This document shows positions 1 to 9,240 of a DNA stretch of 64,000 nucleotides, piece after piece (position 1 is the stretch's first letter; each line of letters begins with the position of its first letter). The notes beneath the pieces are model-generated. The model did not search any database. It was not told the origin of the DNA and worked only from the letters and a program-made list of their open reading frames with translations. The translations under genes were made by a program, and so were the position numbers. The DNA is from Microcoleus sp. (GTDB lineage: Bacteria > Cyanobacteriota > Cyanobacteriia > Cyanobacteriales > Microcoleaceae): contig JAYFMW010000008.1 in NCBI GenBank assembly GCA_042408215.1, positions 128,001 through 192,000 of the forward strand, in the 5' to 3' direction.

Positions 1-174
1 TTCGGCTTGCACTAAGGGTTCTTTTAGTAAGGTTTCTGGACTCACGAATTGCTCCTTAACAGATTATATGTAGACCTAGATTGTACGGCAAAAATCCAGT
101 TTAACGATGCAGGCTGTTCCTTTTGTCATAGAATCGTAACAGTAAAAGCAATTAATCCCCAAACAAATCTACCG

Positions 175-1452
175 ATGAGTTATTACATTTCTCCTAACTT
201 CCTCGATAAAGTTGCGGTGCACGTCACTAAGAACTTTTTAAATTTACCAGGGGTCAGAGTTCCCCTAATTTTAGGAATTCACGGCCGCAAAGGAGAAGGC
301 AAAACTTTCCAATGCGAACTCGTTTTCCGGCGGATGGGTTTTGAACCCGTGATGATATCTGGCGGCGAATTAGAAAGTCCCGATGCGGGAGATCCTTCGC
401 GTTTAATTCGCTTGCGCTATCGAGAAGCTGCGGAGCAAATTCGGGTGCGGGGCGAGATGTGCGCGATTTTTATTAACGATTTAGATGCTGGTGCTGGCAG
501 ATTCGATTCTACCACTCAGTATACCGTTAATACTCAGATGGTGAATGCTACTCTGATGAATATTGCTGACAATCCACATAACGTGCAGTTACCCGGAAGT
601 TATGACGCTACTCCCTTGCACCGAGTGCCGATTATTGTGACTGGAAATGACTTTGCTACGCTGTACGCGCCTCTGATTCGGGACGGACGGATGGAGAAGT
701 TTTATTGGGAACCGAGTCGAGATGATAAAATTGGGATTGTCGGCGGAATTTTTGAATCTGACAAATTGTCTAAAGCCGATATTGTGGCCTTAGTCGATCA
801 TTTTTCAGTCCAGGCGATCGACTTTTTCAGTGCTTTGCGATCGCGCATTTATGACGAACAGATTCGCGAGTTTATTCACAAAATAGGAATCGAGCGAGTT
901 TCCAAGCGTTTGGTAAATACTCTGGAAGCGCCGCCAGAATTTCAAAACCCGAATTTCAGTCTCGCTCATTTAGTAGAAATGGGCAGTTTGATGGTTGGCC
1001 AACAAAACCGAATTCAAGAAATGCGCTTAGTAGATGAATACAATCAATCGCGGTTGTTTAATGTGAAAAATCCTGCCAATGTTCCGGCTGATATTCCCAC
1101 ACAAAGTCAAGTCAACGACCAGTCCTCGAAATATTATAAAGCTTACGTCGCACCGGTTGCTGAAGTTAGTAAAAGTCAGAGTTCGCGGCTGAATTCCGAG
1201 GTGTTGGAACAAGTGCAGCAACTTTTAGCCCGTGGCTGTAAAATAGGCATGGAATATGCAGATAATCGCAGGTTTAAAACAGGTTCGTGGCAAAGTTGCG
1301 CGACAATTCAAACTGCACAAGAAAAAGAAGTAGTTGCATCTTTGGAAACTTGTTTAGCGGAACACAGCGGCGAATACGTGCGGCTAATTGGCATCGATCC
1401 AAAAGCCAAGCGCAGAATAGTTGAAACCATCATTCAGCGGCCGAATAGTTAA
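175..1452 (+). CDS. rca: Ribulose-bisphosphate carboxylase/oxygenase activase (AAA+) with C-terminal RbcS-like domain
   Basis: MSYYISPNFLDKVAVH start at ATG 175; Walker A GRKGEGKT; INDLDAGAGR; C-terminal RbcS-like domain (EYADNRRFKTGSW...EYVRLIGIDPKAKRR). Confidence 0.93.
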   Translation: MSYYISPNFLDKVAVHVTKNFLNLPGVRVPLILGIHGRKGEGKTFQCELVFRRMGFEPVMISGGELESPDAGDPSRLIRLRYREAAEQIRVRGEMCAIFINDLDAGAGRFDSTTQYTVNTQMVNATLMNIADNPHNVQLPGSYDATPLHRVPIIVTGNDFATLYAPLIRDGRMEKFYWEPSRDDKIGIVGGIFESDKLSKADIVALVDHFSVQAIDFFSALRSRIYDEQIREFIHKIGIERVSKRLVNTLEAPPEFQNPNFSLAHLVEMGSLMVGQQNRIQEMRLVDEYNQSRLFNVKNPANVPADIPTQSQVNDQSSKYYKAYVAPVAEVSKSQSSRLNSEVLEQVQQLLARGCKIGMEYADNRRFKTGSWQSCATIQTAQEKEVVASLETCLAEHSGEYVRLIGIDPKAKRRIVETIIQRPNS

Positions 1453-1551
1453 TTGTAGTCGTAGTCGATCGATTCTCCTAGGGACAAGGCAATAGCCATT
1501 AGTGTCACCTTAAGACTAAAACCCATAATAACTGTCGCTTTTAGGCGAAGT

Positions 1552-1650
1552 CTAGATCCCCCTAAATCCCCCTTAAGAAGGGGAGTAGGGGGTGACTTTG
1601 AGAAGAATCTTATCCCCCCCTTTTTAAGGGGGGCTAGGGGGGATCTAGAC
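1552..1650. repeat. Palindromic REP-like pair (CCCCCTTAAGAAGGGG / CCCCCCTTTTTAAGGGGGGCTAGGGGGGATC)
   Basis: Inverted pair tagatcccccctaaatcc...gctaggggggatcta; same family at 32612-32728 and 56091-56782. Confidence 0.8.
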
Positions 1651-1756
1651 TTTGATATAAGCAAGAGAGACAGTCAGTTCGTTAAATCAAAAAAATTCCC
1701 CTCTCTCATCTCCTCCTCTGTGCTCTCTGCGCCCTCTGTGGTAAAAAAAATCCGGG

Positions 1757-3130
1757 TTATATAGACATAGAAATAACATACTCTTTCAACACAGAATTCA
1801 AACTAAACAAAGTTATCTTTTCCTGTTCAATTGTATCCAATAAAAACCGACTTCCAAGATATCGCACTGCATTAACTATTTCAGACGGCGAAAACGGTAT
1901 TTTGTTGAAACATTGCGACATAGCAACGGGTTCAGGTTGATTAGCCAGGTGAACCATCACCGCCAACTCTGCCGCAGTCAAACGCCCAAAAGGTTGAGAT
2001 AATTGAAATTGCAACCCTTCATCTAAAATCGGCATTTCGCACTGCAAAAACTCCGAAACTCTGCCCCCAAATAACTCTCGAATCAGGGTTGCAGTCAACT
2101 CCAACCACAGAGGATTTCCTTGATAAATGTCAATCAAAGTTGACCATGTTTCCTCATCGGCTAACCTTTGTTCTCTCAAAATCTCTTTAGCCGCTACTCC
2201 CAAACTTCCCAATACAAAACATCGCACGGGACGATACTCTTTTGATAAGAGAGCAATTTCTCTGGGTTTTTCCCAACTATTCAATATCAAACAACTTTGA
2301 TGACAAACTTCGGCAATTAGTTTAAAAAATAGCTGATAATCTTCATATCCAGTTTTATATTGTCCTGCGAGTTGTCGGCTGCTAAAAAGCATTTGCACGT
2401 CATCGAGGACAATCAGACATCGGTATTTTCGCAGGTAATCGAGGATTTGGGAAATTTTGGTTTCGATGTTTTGGGGAGTTTCTGATGGTTGGGAAAAGAT
2501 TTGCAGCAGGTTGGTGAGGGTTGCGTCTAGGGTTGGGGAAAAGCGGAGGCTGCGATAGATGACGTAATCGAATTGGGTTTTGATTTGGTCAATTAGGCGG
2601 AGGGAGAGGGTTGTTTTGCCGATTCCGCTGATTCCGAGGAGTGCGATGAGGCGTGTGCGATTATCGCGCGTTATCCAGTTTTCGAGGGTGGAGAGTTCGG
2701 AAGTGCGATCGAAAAAGGTGAATATTTCGGGTGCGTCGCCTAAGTCTATGTGGAGTTGTTTAGGACTTTGTTGGGGGTTTTGGGGTTCTGTTGGACTTCT
2801 CGCCCTTTCTTGACAAATATTGACGTTATTAATTTCTACAAAATTCTTGCCTATAGGTGATGAAATATTGTAAATTTTACCACTATCTAATATCGCTCGA
2901 AAGTTTCTTTTAGTAATATCTTCTCCGAATCCCTCAGAGAGTATTTTCCATAATTCCGAACCGATATCCCTGAGATGACCTTCACTTGAGTGAGTTTCTT
3001 CGGCAATTTTTGGATATTTGTGGTTTTGTAATGTCCCTCGCAGTATAGCGTCTTGCAGATAGTCTATATGTTCTCCCGTCTTGGCGAAGATTAGTTCGTC
3101 GGCAAGTTTTAAGACTTCTGCGATTTCCAT
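1757..3130 (-). CDS. NB-ARC/STAND ATPase with N-terminal HTH-like domain and no C-terminal WD40 sensor
   Basis: Walker A GISGIGKT, Walker B LIVLDDV, YQGNPLWL motif; N-terminal LQDAILRGTLQ...IAEETH...LWKILS domain typical of cyanobacterial STAND proteins. Confidence 0.8.
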   Translation of the reverse strand: MEIAEVLKLADELIFAKTGEHIDYLQDAILRGTLQNHKYPKIAEETHSSEGHLRDIGSELWKILSEGFGEDITKRNFRAILDSGKIYNISSPIGKNFVEINNVNICQERARSPTEPQNPQQSPKQLHIDLGDAPEIFTFFDRTSELSTLENWITRDNRTRLIALLGISGIGKTTLSLRLIDQIKTQFDYVIYRSLRFSPTLDATLTNLLQIFSQPSETPQNIETKISQILDYLRKYRCLIVLDDVQMLFSSRQLAGQYKTGYEDYQLFFKLIAEVCHQSCLILNSWEKPREIALLSKEYRPVRCFVLGSLGVAAKEILREQRLADEETWSTLIDIYQGNPLWLELTATLIRELFGGRVSEFLQCEMPILDEGLQFQLSQPFGRLTAAELAVMVHLANQPEPVAMSQCFNKIPFSPSEIVNAVRYLGSRFLLDTIEQEKITLFSLNSVLKEYVISMSI

Positions 3131-3163
3131 AGGTCAGTCGTGTGCTGCGATTTGTCGTATTAT

Positions 3164-3252
3164 ATCCGATCTTTCCGACATTTCCGACAAGATTCCGACA
3201 TTTCCGACATTTGCGATCGGGCTACCTGGGAAAAGTCCCGACATTTCCGATA
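3164..3252. repeat. Cluster of TTCCGACA direct repeats in a divergent intergenic region (possible operator)
   Basis: ttccgaca at 3173, 3182, 3193 and 3202; variants at 3164, 3236 and 3245. Confidence 0.65.
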
Positions 3253-3327
3253 TACAAGAGTTACCTTTTGCTAGACAATATATACAAATACTTAATAATT
3301 CTTCATTATTCCTCTAATCGGTCAAGT

Positions 3328-4506
3328 ATGAATACTTATACAGTCATCATGCTAGGGCCACGCGGCTCAGGCAAAACAGTATTTTTAGCCAGTATGTACA
3401 ATCAGTTATGTACGCAGAGAGAAGGAGGCTTTTTTCTGGAGGTTGATAGTGCAGAGAAAAGCAAACAATTACACGATCTTTATACACAAATAGCTTTTGA
3501 AGAAAAGTGGCCGCTTGGAACACGACGCAGCGAAGTCTCAGAATGGACTTTCACTTGTCGCGTACAAACGAAGGATCTGCCTATTTATTCGGCTTGCAAG
3601 TTCACCTATTTAGATTATGCAGGTGGTTTGCTAACTGACCAGACAGACGAAGACGATCCTAAATTCAATGAGCAAGTCAACAAAGCAGATGCTTTACTTG
3701 GCTTGCTGGATGGTCAAAGACTTTGTGCGTTGATGCAAAATGAAAGACTAGGGCAAAAGTGGGCAGTCAACGAGCTACCTAGAATTCTCAGCATCATGCA
3801 AAAGACTGGCAAACCGATCCATTTTATAATCAGCAAGTGGGATATTGTAGAAAAGAAATACACCCTCGAACAGATACGGGATTGTTTGCTGAACGAAATT
3901 CCACATTTTAAAAATTTAGTCTCTACTTATAACAGGGCTGGAAAACCAGTTCGATTAATTCCTGTTAGCGCAGTGGGTAAAGACTTTGTTACTCTGAAAC
4001 CAGATGGTAGTATGGCAAAAAATCTGAGCGTATTGCCCCAACCCTTTCAAGTAGAAATTCCTTTAGCTTGCATCCTGCCCGATTTAATTCAAGCTGATTG
4101 CAAAGAGGCCATAGACAAAATGAGAGAACAAGCTAACCGTCCAATAGAAGTTAAGGCAAATCTACAATGGTGGGAGCAAGTAGGTCAAGTTGTTGGCGGA
4201 GTGCTGAAAGCATCGCAAGACATCCTACCTATCCTAGGGGACTTATTCCTACCTAGAAAATATACAGCCTTCCAAGATGTCGTCTTAAAGATGGTTGAAT
4301 TTGCTAGTGAATATGCGGAAGCACCAGCCAAGCAAAAGCAAGAAGCAGCAGATAAAAGATCCGAAGAGTTAAGCAAGGAACGAGAAGAATTATTTAAGAA
4401 AGTAGAAGATGAAGAAACTGCCTTCAAATATGCTCTTAATTGTTTTCTATCAGTTCAAAATGACCTTATTCGTAACTTCCCCAAATCAGATTTAAGATTA
4501 CCATGA
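3328..4506 (+). CDS. TRAFAC-type GTPase with C-terminal helical/coiled-coil region
   Basis: G1 GPRGSGKT, G3 DYAG, G4 SKWD, G5 VSA; probable ATG at 3328 (MNTYTVIML). Confidence 0.75.
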   Translation: MNTYTVIMLGPRGSGKTVFLASMYNQLCTQREGGFFLEVDSAEKSKQLHDLYTQIAFEEKWPLGTRRSEVSEWTFTCRVQTKDLPIYSACKFTYLDYAGGLLTDQTDEDDPKFNEQVNKADALLGLLDGQRLCALMQNERLGQKWAVNELPRILSIMQKTGKPIHFIISKWDIVEKKYTLEQIRDCLLNEIPHFKNLVSTYNRAGKPVRLIPVSAVGKDFVTLKPDGSMAKNLSVLPQPFQVEIPLACILPDLIQADCKEAIDKMREQANRPIEVKANLQWWEQVGQVVGGVLKASQDILPILGDLFLPRKYTAFQDVVLKMVEFASEYAEAPAKQKQEAADKRSEELSKEREELFKKVEDEETAFKYALNCFLSVQNDLIRNFPKSDLRLP

Positions 4507-5942
4507 AAGATATTACAGCTTGGAGTTTTTTAGTTAGTTGTAATCAGTCTCTTGACTACCGAACAGTCGTCGCCCCAAATTTTATGTGTGAGGCTGGTAT
4601 AGCTGGTTTACTTGCTAGAGTAACAGAAGGAGACTTGACCGAAAAAGAAACAGCATTCTACCGAGAAATTCATAACTCTAAAGTCGGAGATATAACTTTA
4701 ATTTTCCGAGTAATAGAGGCCATAGCAGAAGATACTGGCATCTCAGGTAACGGCGTTCTCAAAGACCTTTTCGGTAGAGAAATTTATTTAATAGAAGGCA
4801 TCGCTCTAAAAGGAAAACTGCCAAATATTGTGACGAATGTGAACAATATTGAAGAAGCTCACAAGCGGGTTTTAGGAGATTATCGTAAGTTCTGGGAGGC
4901 TGAGGATTCGGTTTCTGCTGTTGCTTCAAACTCTTTTACATTGCAGAGCCAAGGAGAAGAAACTGGTTTAAAATATATCACACTTAAGCCTTACGTCGCA
5001 GGTAATAAGGTTGCAGCTACTAAGTGGCAGCGCCTGTATCCAGAACCACAACGTTTTGAAGGTGCAATTCACTCTATTGCAATTTTTCCAGATGGAAAAA
5101 ATATTGCTATCCGATATGGCGATCGCAAGATTGTTGTTTGGAATGTGCAGGACAAACAAGAACTCTATTCCTTGTCAAATGTAAGGGGGCTGATAGGAGG
5201 CTATCCCACTCCGATCGCGATCGACCCCACAGGGCATTTCCTTACAACTGCTATGATTGAGGGCATACATCAAAATCAAGTCAAAGTGTGGCACTTGGAT
5301 GCAAAGGAACCTAAAAATATAGGAAGCTTAGGAACGGGTAATACTCATAGAGTTACATCAGTAGCCTTTACCCCCGATAGTAAAACAGTGATTATTGGGA
5401 GTGCTGATGGTAGGATTAAGTTGTTAGATGCCCGATCGGAAGGGCTAGAAATTGGCACACTGTCAAGCCATGCTGGGGAGGTAAAATGTCTGGCGGTTGA
5501 TTTGAATAATTGGCTTCTTGCTAGTGGGAACAGTAAGGGAGAAGTTAGGCTCTGGGATTTAGCAACTCACAAACAAGTTAGACTTATTCAAGAACATTCG
5601 CTGCCTGTTAATTCATTAGCTTTTAGTCCAGACGGTCAAACGCTTTTTAGTGGAAGTGATGACCACAAAATCAAGTTTTGGAATGTAAAAACAGGCGATC
5701 AATCTAATGTTTTGGAATTCGATTATGAAATTACATCAGTAGTTTTTAGCTCAGATGGCAATTTATTTGCAACTGGAGACTACGGCGGTAATATTCAACT
5801 TTGGGATTTCCCAAGTAATAAAGATATTTTTAAGGAGCGCGTACATTCCGCAGCAGTTACTTCAGTAGTTTTCAGTCCCGACGGGCGTACTCTGATTAGT
5901 GGCAGTAAGGATAGTACAATTGCAGTGTGGCAGCAAATATAG
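4503..5942 (+). CDS. Uncharacterised N-terminal domain plus WD40 repeat protein
   Basis: About 7 WD40 repeats (VTSVAFTPD, VNSLAFSPDG, VTSVVFSPDG) after a ~170-aa unique domain; ATGA overlap with the GTPase stop. Confidence 0.8.
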   Translation: MKDITAWSFLVSCNQSLDYRTVVAPNFMCEAGIAGLLARVTEGDLTEKETAFYREIHNSKVGDITLIFRVIEAIAEDTGISGNGVLKDLFGREIYLIEGIALKGKLPNIVTNVNNIEEAHKRVLGDYRKFWEAEDSVSAVASNSFTLQSQGEETGLKYITLKPYVAGNKVAATKWQRLYPEPQRFEGAIHSIAIFPDGKNIAIRYGDRKIVVWNVQDKQELYSLSNVRGLIGGYPTPIAIDPTGHFLTTAMIEGIHQNQVKVWHLDAKEPKNIGSLGTGNTHRVTSVAFTPDSKTVIIGSADGRIKLLDARSEGLEIGTLSSHAGEVKCLAVDLNNWLLASGNSKGEVRLWDLATHKQVRLIQEHSLPVNSLAFSPDGQTLFSGSDDHKIKFWNVKTGDQSNVLEFDYEITSVVFSSDGNLFATGDYGGNIQLWDFPSNKDIFKERVHSAAVTSVVFSPDGRTLISGSKDSTIAVWQQI

Positions 5943-6092
5943 ACTGCACTTCATCCTAAAATCACCGCGATCGAACGATCTAAAGAAAAGCAGCATCATC
6001 TCTAGATATTTTGGATTTTGCTCGATGAAGTAAATCAGAGGCGCAGTATCCAATCCCACAACTTGTCCCTGTAACTGATTTATCCATTCCAT
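5943..6092 (-). pseudogene. Truncated PIN/VapC toxin
   Basis: VVGLDTAPLIYFIEQN PIN N-terminus; similarity ends after ~46 aa, next to the stop of the convergent WD40 gene. Confidence 0.7.
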
Positions 6093-6295
6093 GAATCTCT
6101 TTCCCGATCGACATATTCTTGAGCATCAATCCCATGCCAAATTTCCTTACCCAACCCTTCTAATTCTAAAATACTGCGCTTGGGCTTGGGAATCACTCGT
6201 TGACGAATATGTGCAAACAATTCAGAGATGAGTCGCATTTGCTCATCTGGTGCAAGTTTTAAAACCTGAGTCAGTACCGTGCTGTAAGTAGACAT
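6080..6295 (-). CDS. Antitoxin (VapB-like) of the PIN pair
   Basis: 71 aa with SILELEGLGKEIW...DAQEYVDRERDSW tail; overlaps the PIN start. Confidence 0.7.
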   Translation of the reverse strand: MSTYSTVLTQVLKLAPDEQMRLISELFAHIRQRVIPKPKRSILELEGLGKEIWHGIDAQEYVDRERDSWNG

Positions 6296-6412
6296 AGACT
6301 CTGCATTAAGATTTTTGGGCTGATTGTCATTATAGCAATTTAGGAGCTAGGGAAGTGCGCGCCTGCGAAGCTATCCCGTAGGAAATCGCCCTTTTCTTTC
6401 CTAAAGTGCGCC

Positions 6413-6709
6413 CTAATACACTTCACGACGATGAGCGATAATAGTCACAACCACCCGTTTTTGCTCCTCATCAATCTCATAAACAACCCGATAATCTCCA
6501 ACGCGATAGCGATAGTATCCAGCTAAGTCGCCTTTGAGTTGCTTAATATTTGGATGACTGCGAGGGTCAGTTTTCAACATTTCAAAACATCGATCTAGCT
6601 TGCGTTGTAAAGAAGCTGATGCTTCTTCAAAAAACTCCTGAGCATCAAAGCTAAGAACGATTGAATAAAAATTCAGATTTTCATCAGTATTTTCGTTTGA
6701 GTTGCTCAA
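6413..6709 (-). CDS. RelE/ParE family toxin
   Basis: IKQLKGDLAGYYRYRVGDYRVVYEI...IAHRREVY. Confidence 0.85.
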   Translation of the reverse strand: MSNSNENTDENLNFYSIVLSFDAQEFFEEASASLQRKLDRCFEMLKTDPRSHPNIKQLKGDLAGYYRYRVGDYRVVYEIDEEQKRVVVTIIAHRREVY

Positions 6710-6914
6710 CGGTCGTTACCTTACTTGCTGCTACATCAGTTCGGGCTTTATTAAAAGCTTCCAGAAAACCGGGAATTTTCAATAATTCGTTCGTAGCTTC
6801 ATTGCTTTCACGTTCTGCTAAATAAGCTAAAAAATCAGCCACAACGAGCAGCCGTTCAGGAGATAAGCTATCTATCGATTGCTTAAGGTTCTGGCGAAGT
6901 TCTTGAGTTTTCAT
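6684..6914 (-). CDS. Antitoxin upstream of RelE
   Basis: 76 aa overlapping relE; VADFLAYL...EATNELLKIPG motif. Confidence 0.7.
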   Translation of the reverse strand: MKTQELRQNLKQSIDSLSPERLLVVADFLAYLAERESNEATNELLKIPGFLEAFNKARTDVAASKVTTVEQLKRKY

Positions 6915-7071
6915 AGTTCATAGCTATTGAAAATTATTAGAGCTACCGCTTGATTATACCAGATAGTCTGAAATTTCGCTCGTGCGATCGCCTTTTTTCC
7001 CAAAGTACATGAAGCACAGCTATCCGAAAGTGCGACGGAATCGTTTTTAATGCCATCGATCAGCGTTTCGA

Positions 7072-7308
7072 CTACGGATAAATCGGATAAATCTGTATTG
7101 CAGTCAATAAATAGGCGATCGCATAACGCAAGCACGCCCGAATATCATCCATTTCCAAATCGGGATAGTAATCTTGGATAATCTCTGCAAAAGAAAGCCC
7201 TTCATTTAGTAATTCGAGAACGCTCTGTACAGTAATGCGCGTACCCACTATGCAAGGCTTACCGAAGTGAATTTGAGGGTTGACGGAGATTCTGTCCATT
7301 TTGACCAC
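7072..7308 (-). CDS. DUF433 protein, copy 1 (C-terminus replaced after a HIP1 site)
   Basis: RISVNPQIHFGKPCIVGTRITV...YYPDLEMDDIRACLRYA. Confidence 0.75.
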   Translation of the reverse strand: MVKMDRISVNPQIHFGKPCIVGTRITVQSVLELLNEGLSFAEIIQDYYPDLEMDDIRACLRYAIAYLLTAIQIYPIYP

Positions 7309-7447
7309 GCAGCTCTATGTCTCTTCTATTTTAAGTCATCAGTTAGGCGATCGCAACTTGTCTTTTTTCAGCAGTGAGCCTATCGCCCTTTTATTTCCCA
7401 AAAGTGCGATCGCCCTTATCTTCCCAAAGTGCGATCGCCCATCTTTC

Positions 7448-7813
7448 TTAAGTCTCAAACGGGTTAATCAGTGTGAGTTCAGCAATCCACCGAAAATCCC
7501 CTATATTTCTTGTAACTAAAGTTTTGCCATATACCAAAGCTGTTGCCGCAATCATAGCATCCCCTAGTGTCATTCTCCTCATCTGTCTCAACAGCACTGC
7601 GCGATCGAGTACAGCGTTAGAAATTGGTAAAACCTCCACCACACCAAAGAATTCCTCAAAGTACAATCTATACTCTTCCGTTAGCTGATGATAACCCAAG
7701 ACTTCAACGTAACTTATTGCCGATACAACTATGTCATGTTCACCAATAAACTGCCTAATCTGCGCGTGTTCTGGTTGAGAAGCGTAGATAATAATATTAC
7801 TGTCAAGCAGCAT
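7448..7813 (-). CDS. PIN/VapC toxin
   Basis: LLDSNIIIY...SYVEV...LGDAMIAATA...LVTRN. Confidence 0.88.
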   Translation of the reverse strand: MLLDSNIIIYASQPEHAQIRQFIGEHDIVVSAISYVEVLGYHQLTEEYRLYFEEFFGVVEVLPISNAVLDRAVLLRQMRRMTLGDAMIAATALVYGKTLVTRNIGDFRWIAELTLINPFET

Positions 7814-8088
7814 TATTCATCCCTACCTGGAAGTGGACGATCTTGACGCAATTCTCGCTGCCATTCCACCGGATCGATAATATCAGCAAAGACATTATTT
7901 GCTGCAATTTTTTCCAATATTTCAACTATTCTCTGACGGCGAAGCTCAGCACTTAAAGTCGATCGCTCTTCTTGTAAAGTAACGTAAACTCTGATAGGGA
8001 CATCGCCCTGTCTTGGAACCTCATTAGCCCATTCTAAAAGGTTTCCCTTCAATATAGCCTCAAATACTCGCTGCATAGCTAATATCAA
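7813..8088 (-). CDS. Antitoxin of the VapC pair
   Basis: IIDPVEWQRELRQDRPLP tail; coupled to vapC. Confidence 0.7.
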   Translation of the reverse strand: MILAMQRVFEAILKGNLLEWANEVPRQGDVPIRVYVTLQEERSTLSAELRRQRIVEILEKIAANNVFADIIDPVEWQRELRQDRPLPGRDE

Positions 8089-8135
8089 CTATTCTCTATT
8101 TTTATTATTATAGCTCTTTGATGACTGGCTCGCCC

Positions 8136-8372
8136 TTATTTTCCCAAAGTACGATCGCCCTTTTCTTCCAACACCAGTGCGATCGCATAACGCAAGCAAG
8201 CCCGAATATCATCCATTTCCAAATCGGGATAATAGTCTTGGATAATCTCTCCAAAAGAAAGCCCTTCATTTAGTAATTCGAGAACGCTCTGTACAGTAAT
8301 GCGCGTACCCACTATGCAAGGCTTACCGAAGTGAATTTGAGGGTTGACGGAGATTCTGTCCATTTTGACCAC
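8136..8372 (-). CDS. DUF433 protein, copy 2
   Basis: Nearly identical to 7072..7308 up to RYAIA. Confidence 0.75.
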   Translation of the reverse strand: MVKMDRISVNPQIHFGKPCIVGTRITVQSVLELLNEGLSFGEIIQDYYPDLEMDDIRACLRYAIALVLEEKGDRTLGK

Positions 8373-8507
8373 GCAGCTCTATGTCTCTTCTATTTTAAGT
8401 CATCAGTTAGGCGATCGCAACTTGTCTTTTTCAGCAGTGAGCCGATCGCCCTTTTATTTCCCAAAGTACGCGCGTGCGAAGCTATCCCGTAGGGAATCGC
8501 ACTTCGG

Positions 8508-8768
8508 TTAATCATAAATTTCTCTCCGGTGTCCAATCTGGTGAATAGTAATCAGCTTTAAATCATCATCAAAAGAATAAATTACCCGATAATCACCCAC
8601 TCTTAACTTAAAGAAACCAGCCAGATTAGCCGACAAAGGCATAGGAGTAATTTGTGCAAAATTTTCAGCCAACCAATTGATTTTATTACCTATACGCTCC
8701 TGCACAGCCTGAGTCAATCTGTCTTGGTTAACCAGAGCTTCTGCTGTCAACTCAACCGAATAGCTCAT
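8508..8768 (-). CDS. RelE/ParE family toxin
   Basis: LSANLAGFFKLRVGDYRVIY...IGHRREIY. Confidence 0.85.
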   Translation of the reverse strand: MSYSVELTAEALVNQDRLTQAVQERIGNKINWLAENFAQITPMPLSANLAGFFKLRVGDYRVIYSFDDDLKLITIHQIGHRREIYD

Positions 8769-8983
8769 TACGCTTTCATGCCGATTTTTTGATAAACTTC
8801 CCCAGCTTCGATGCTGCTTTCTCCTGCTTGCTTGCGCTTCATTGACTCTAACAATTTCTGCTTAACTTCTTCCTTAACTTCTAAACCTGCATCAGGATCG
8901 CCCAAATATTCTTCTAAGCACTGTTCCACGGTATGCCGAATCAAGTCCCGCAGTTGCTCAACTGTCATATCTTTGACTTGCAT
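8768..8983 (-). CDS. Antitoxin upstream of RelE
   Basis: MQVKDMTVEQLRDLI...DPDAGLEVKEE; coupled to relE. Confidence 0.7.
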   Translation of the reverse strand: MQVKDMTVEQLRDLIRHTVEQCLEEYLGDPDAGLEVKEEVKQKLLESMKRKQAGESSIEAGEVYQKIGMKA

Positions 8984-9114
8984 CTTAATCTCCTAGTCTG
9001 TGGGATTATCAATAAATAATAGCAACTTTTTAAAATTATGGGAAATACGATCGCCCTGATCTTCCCAAAGTACCTGAAGCACAGCGGGTGCATCTGTGTT
9101 TTGCAAATATACTC

Positions 9115-9188
9115 GTAGGGGCGAAGCATGACCGCTGTAAATCTCTGTCTCTCGCTAATAAATTGTCTGCGGTCATGCTTCGCCTATG
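9115..9188. repeat. GTAG-type REP hairpin
   Basis: gtaggggcgaagcatgaccgc...gcggtcatgcttcgccta; related GTAG elements near 19173, 35105 and 47750-47812. Confidence 0.65.
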
Positions 9189-9240
9189 CAAAATCGGGAT
9201 GCTCCCAGCACAGCTATCCCAAAGTGCGATCGACCTAAAT

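Noticed and set aside
49..174. N-terminal extensions from the ORF track (also 3142, 9849, 24243, 25921)
   Set aside because: Family similarity starts at downstream ATGs, so the extensions are probably not translated.
5943..9240. Classical integron
   Set aside because: No tyrosine recombinase, and the junction repeats lack recognisable attC RYYYAAC/GTTRRRY ends; kept only as an integron-like hypothesis.
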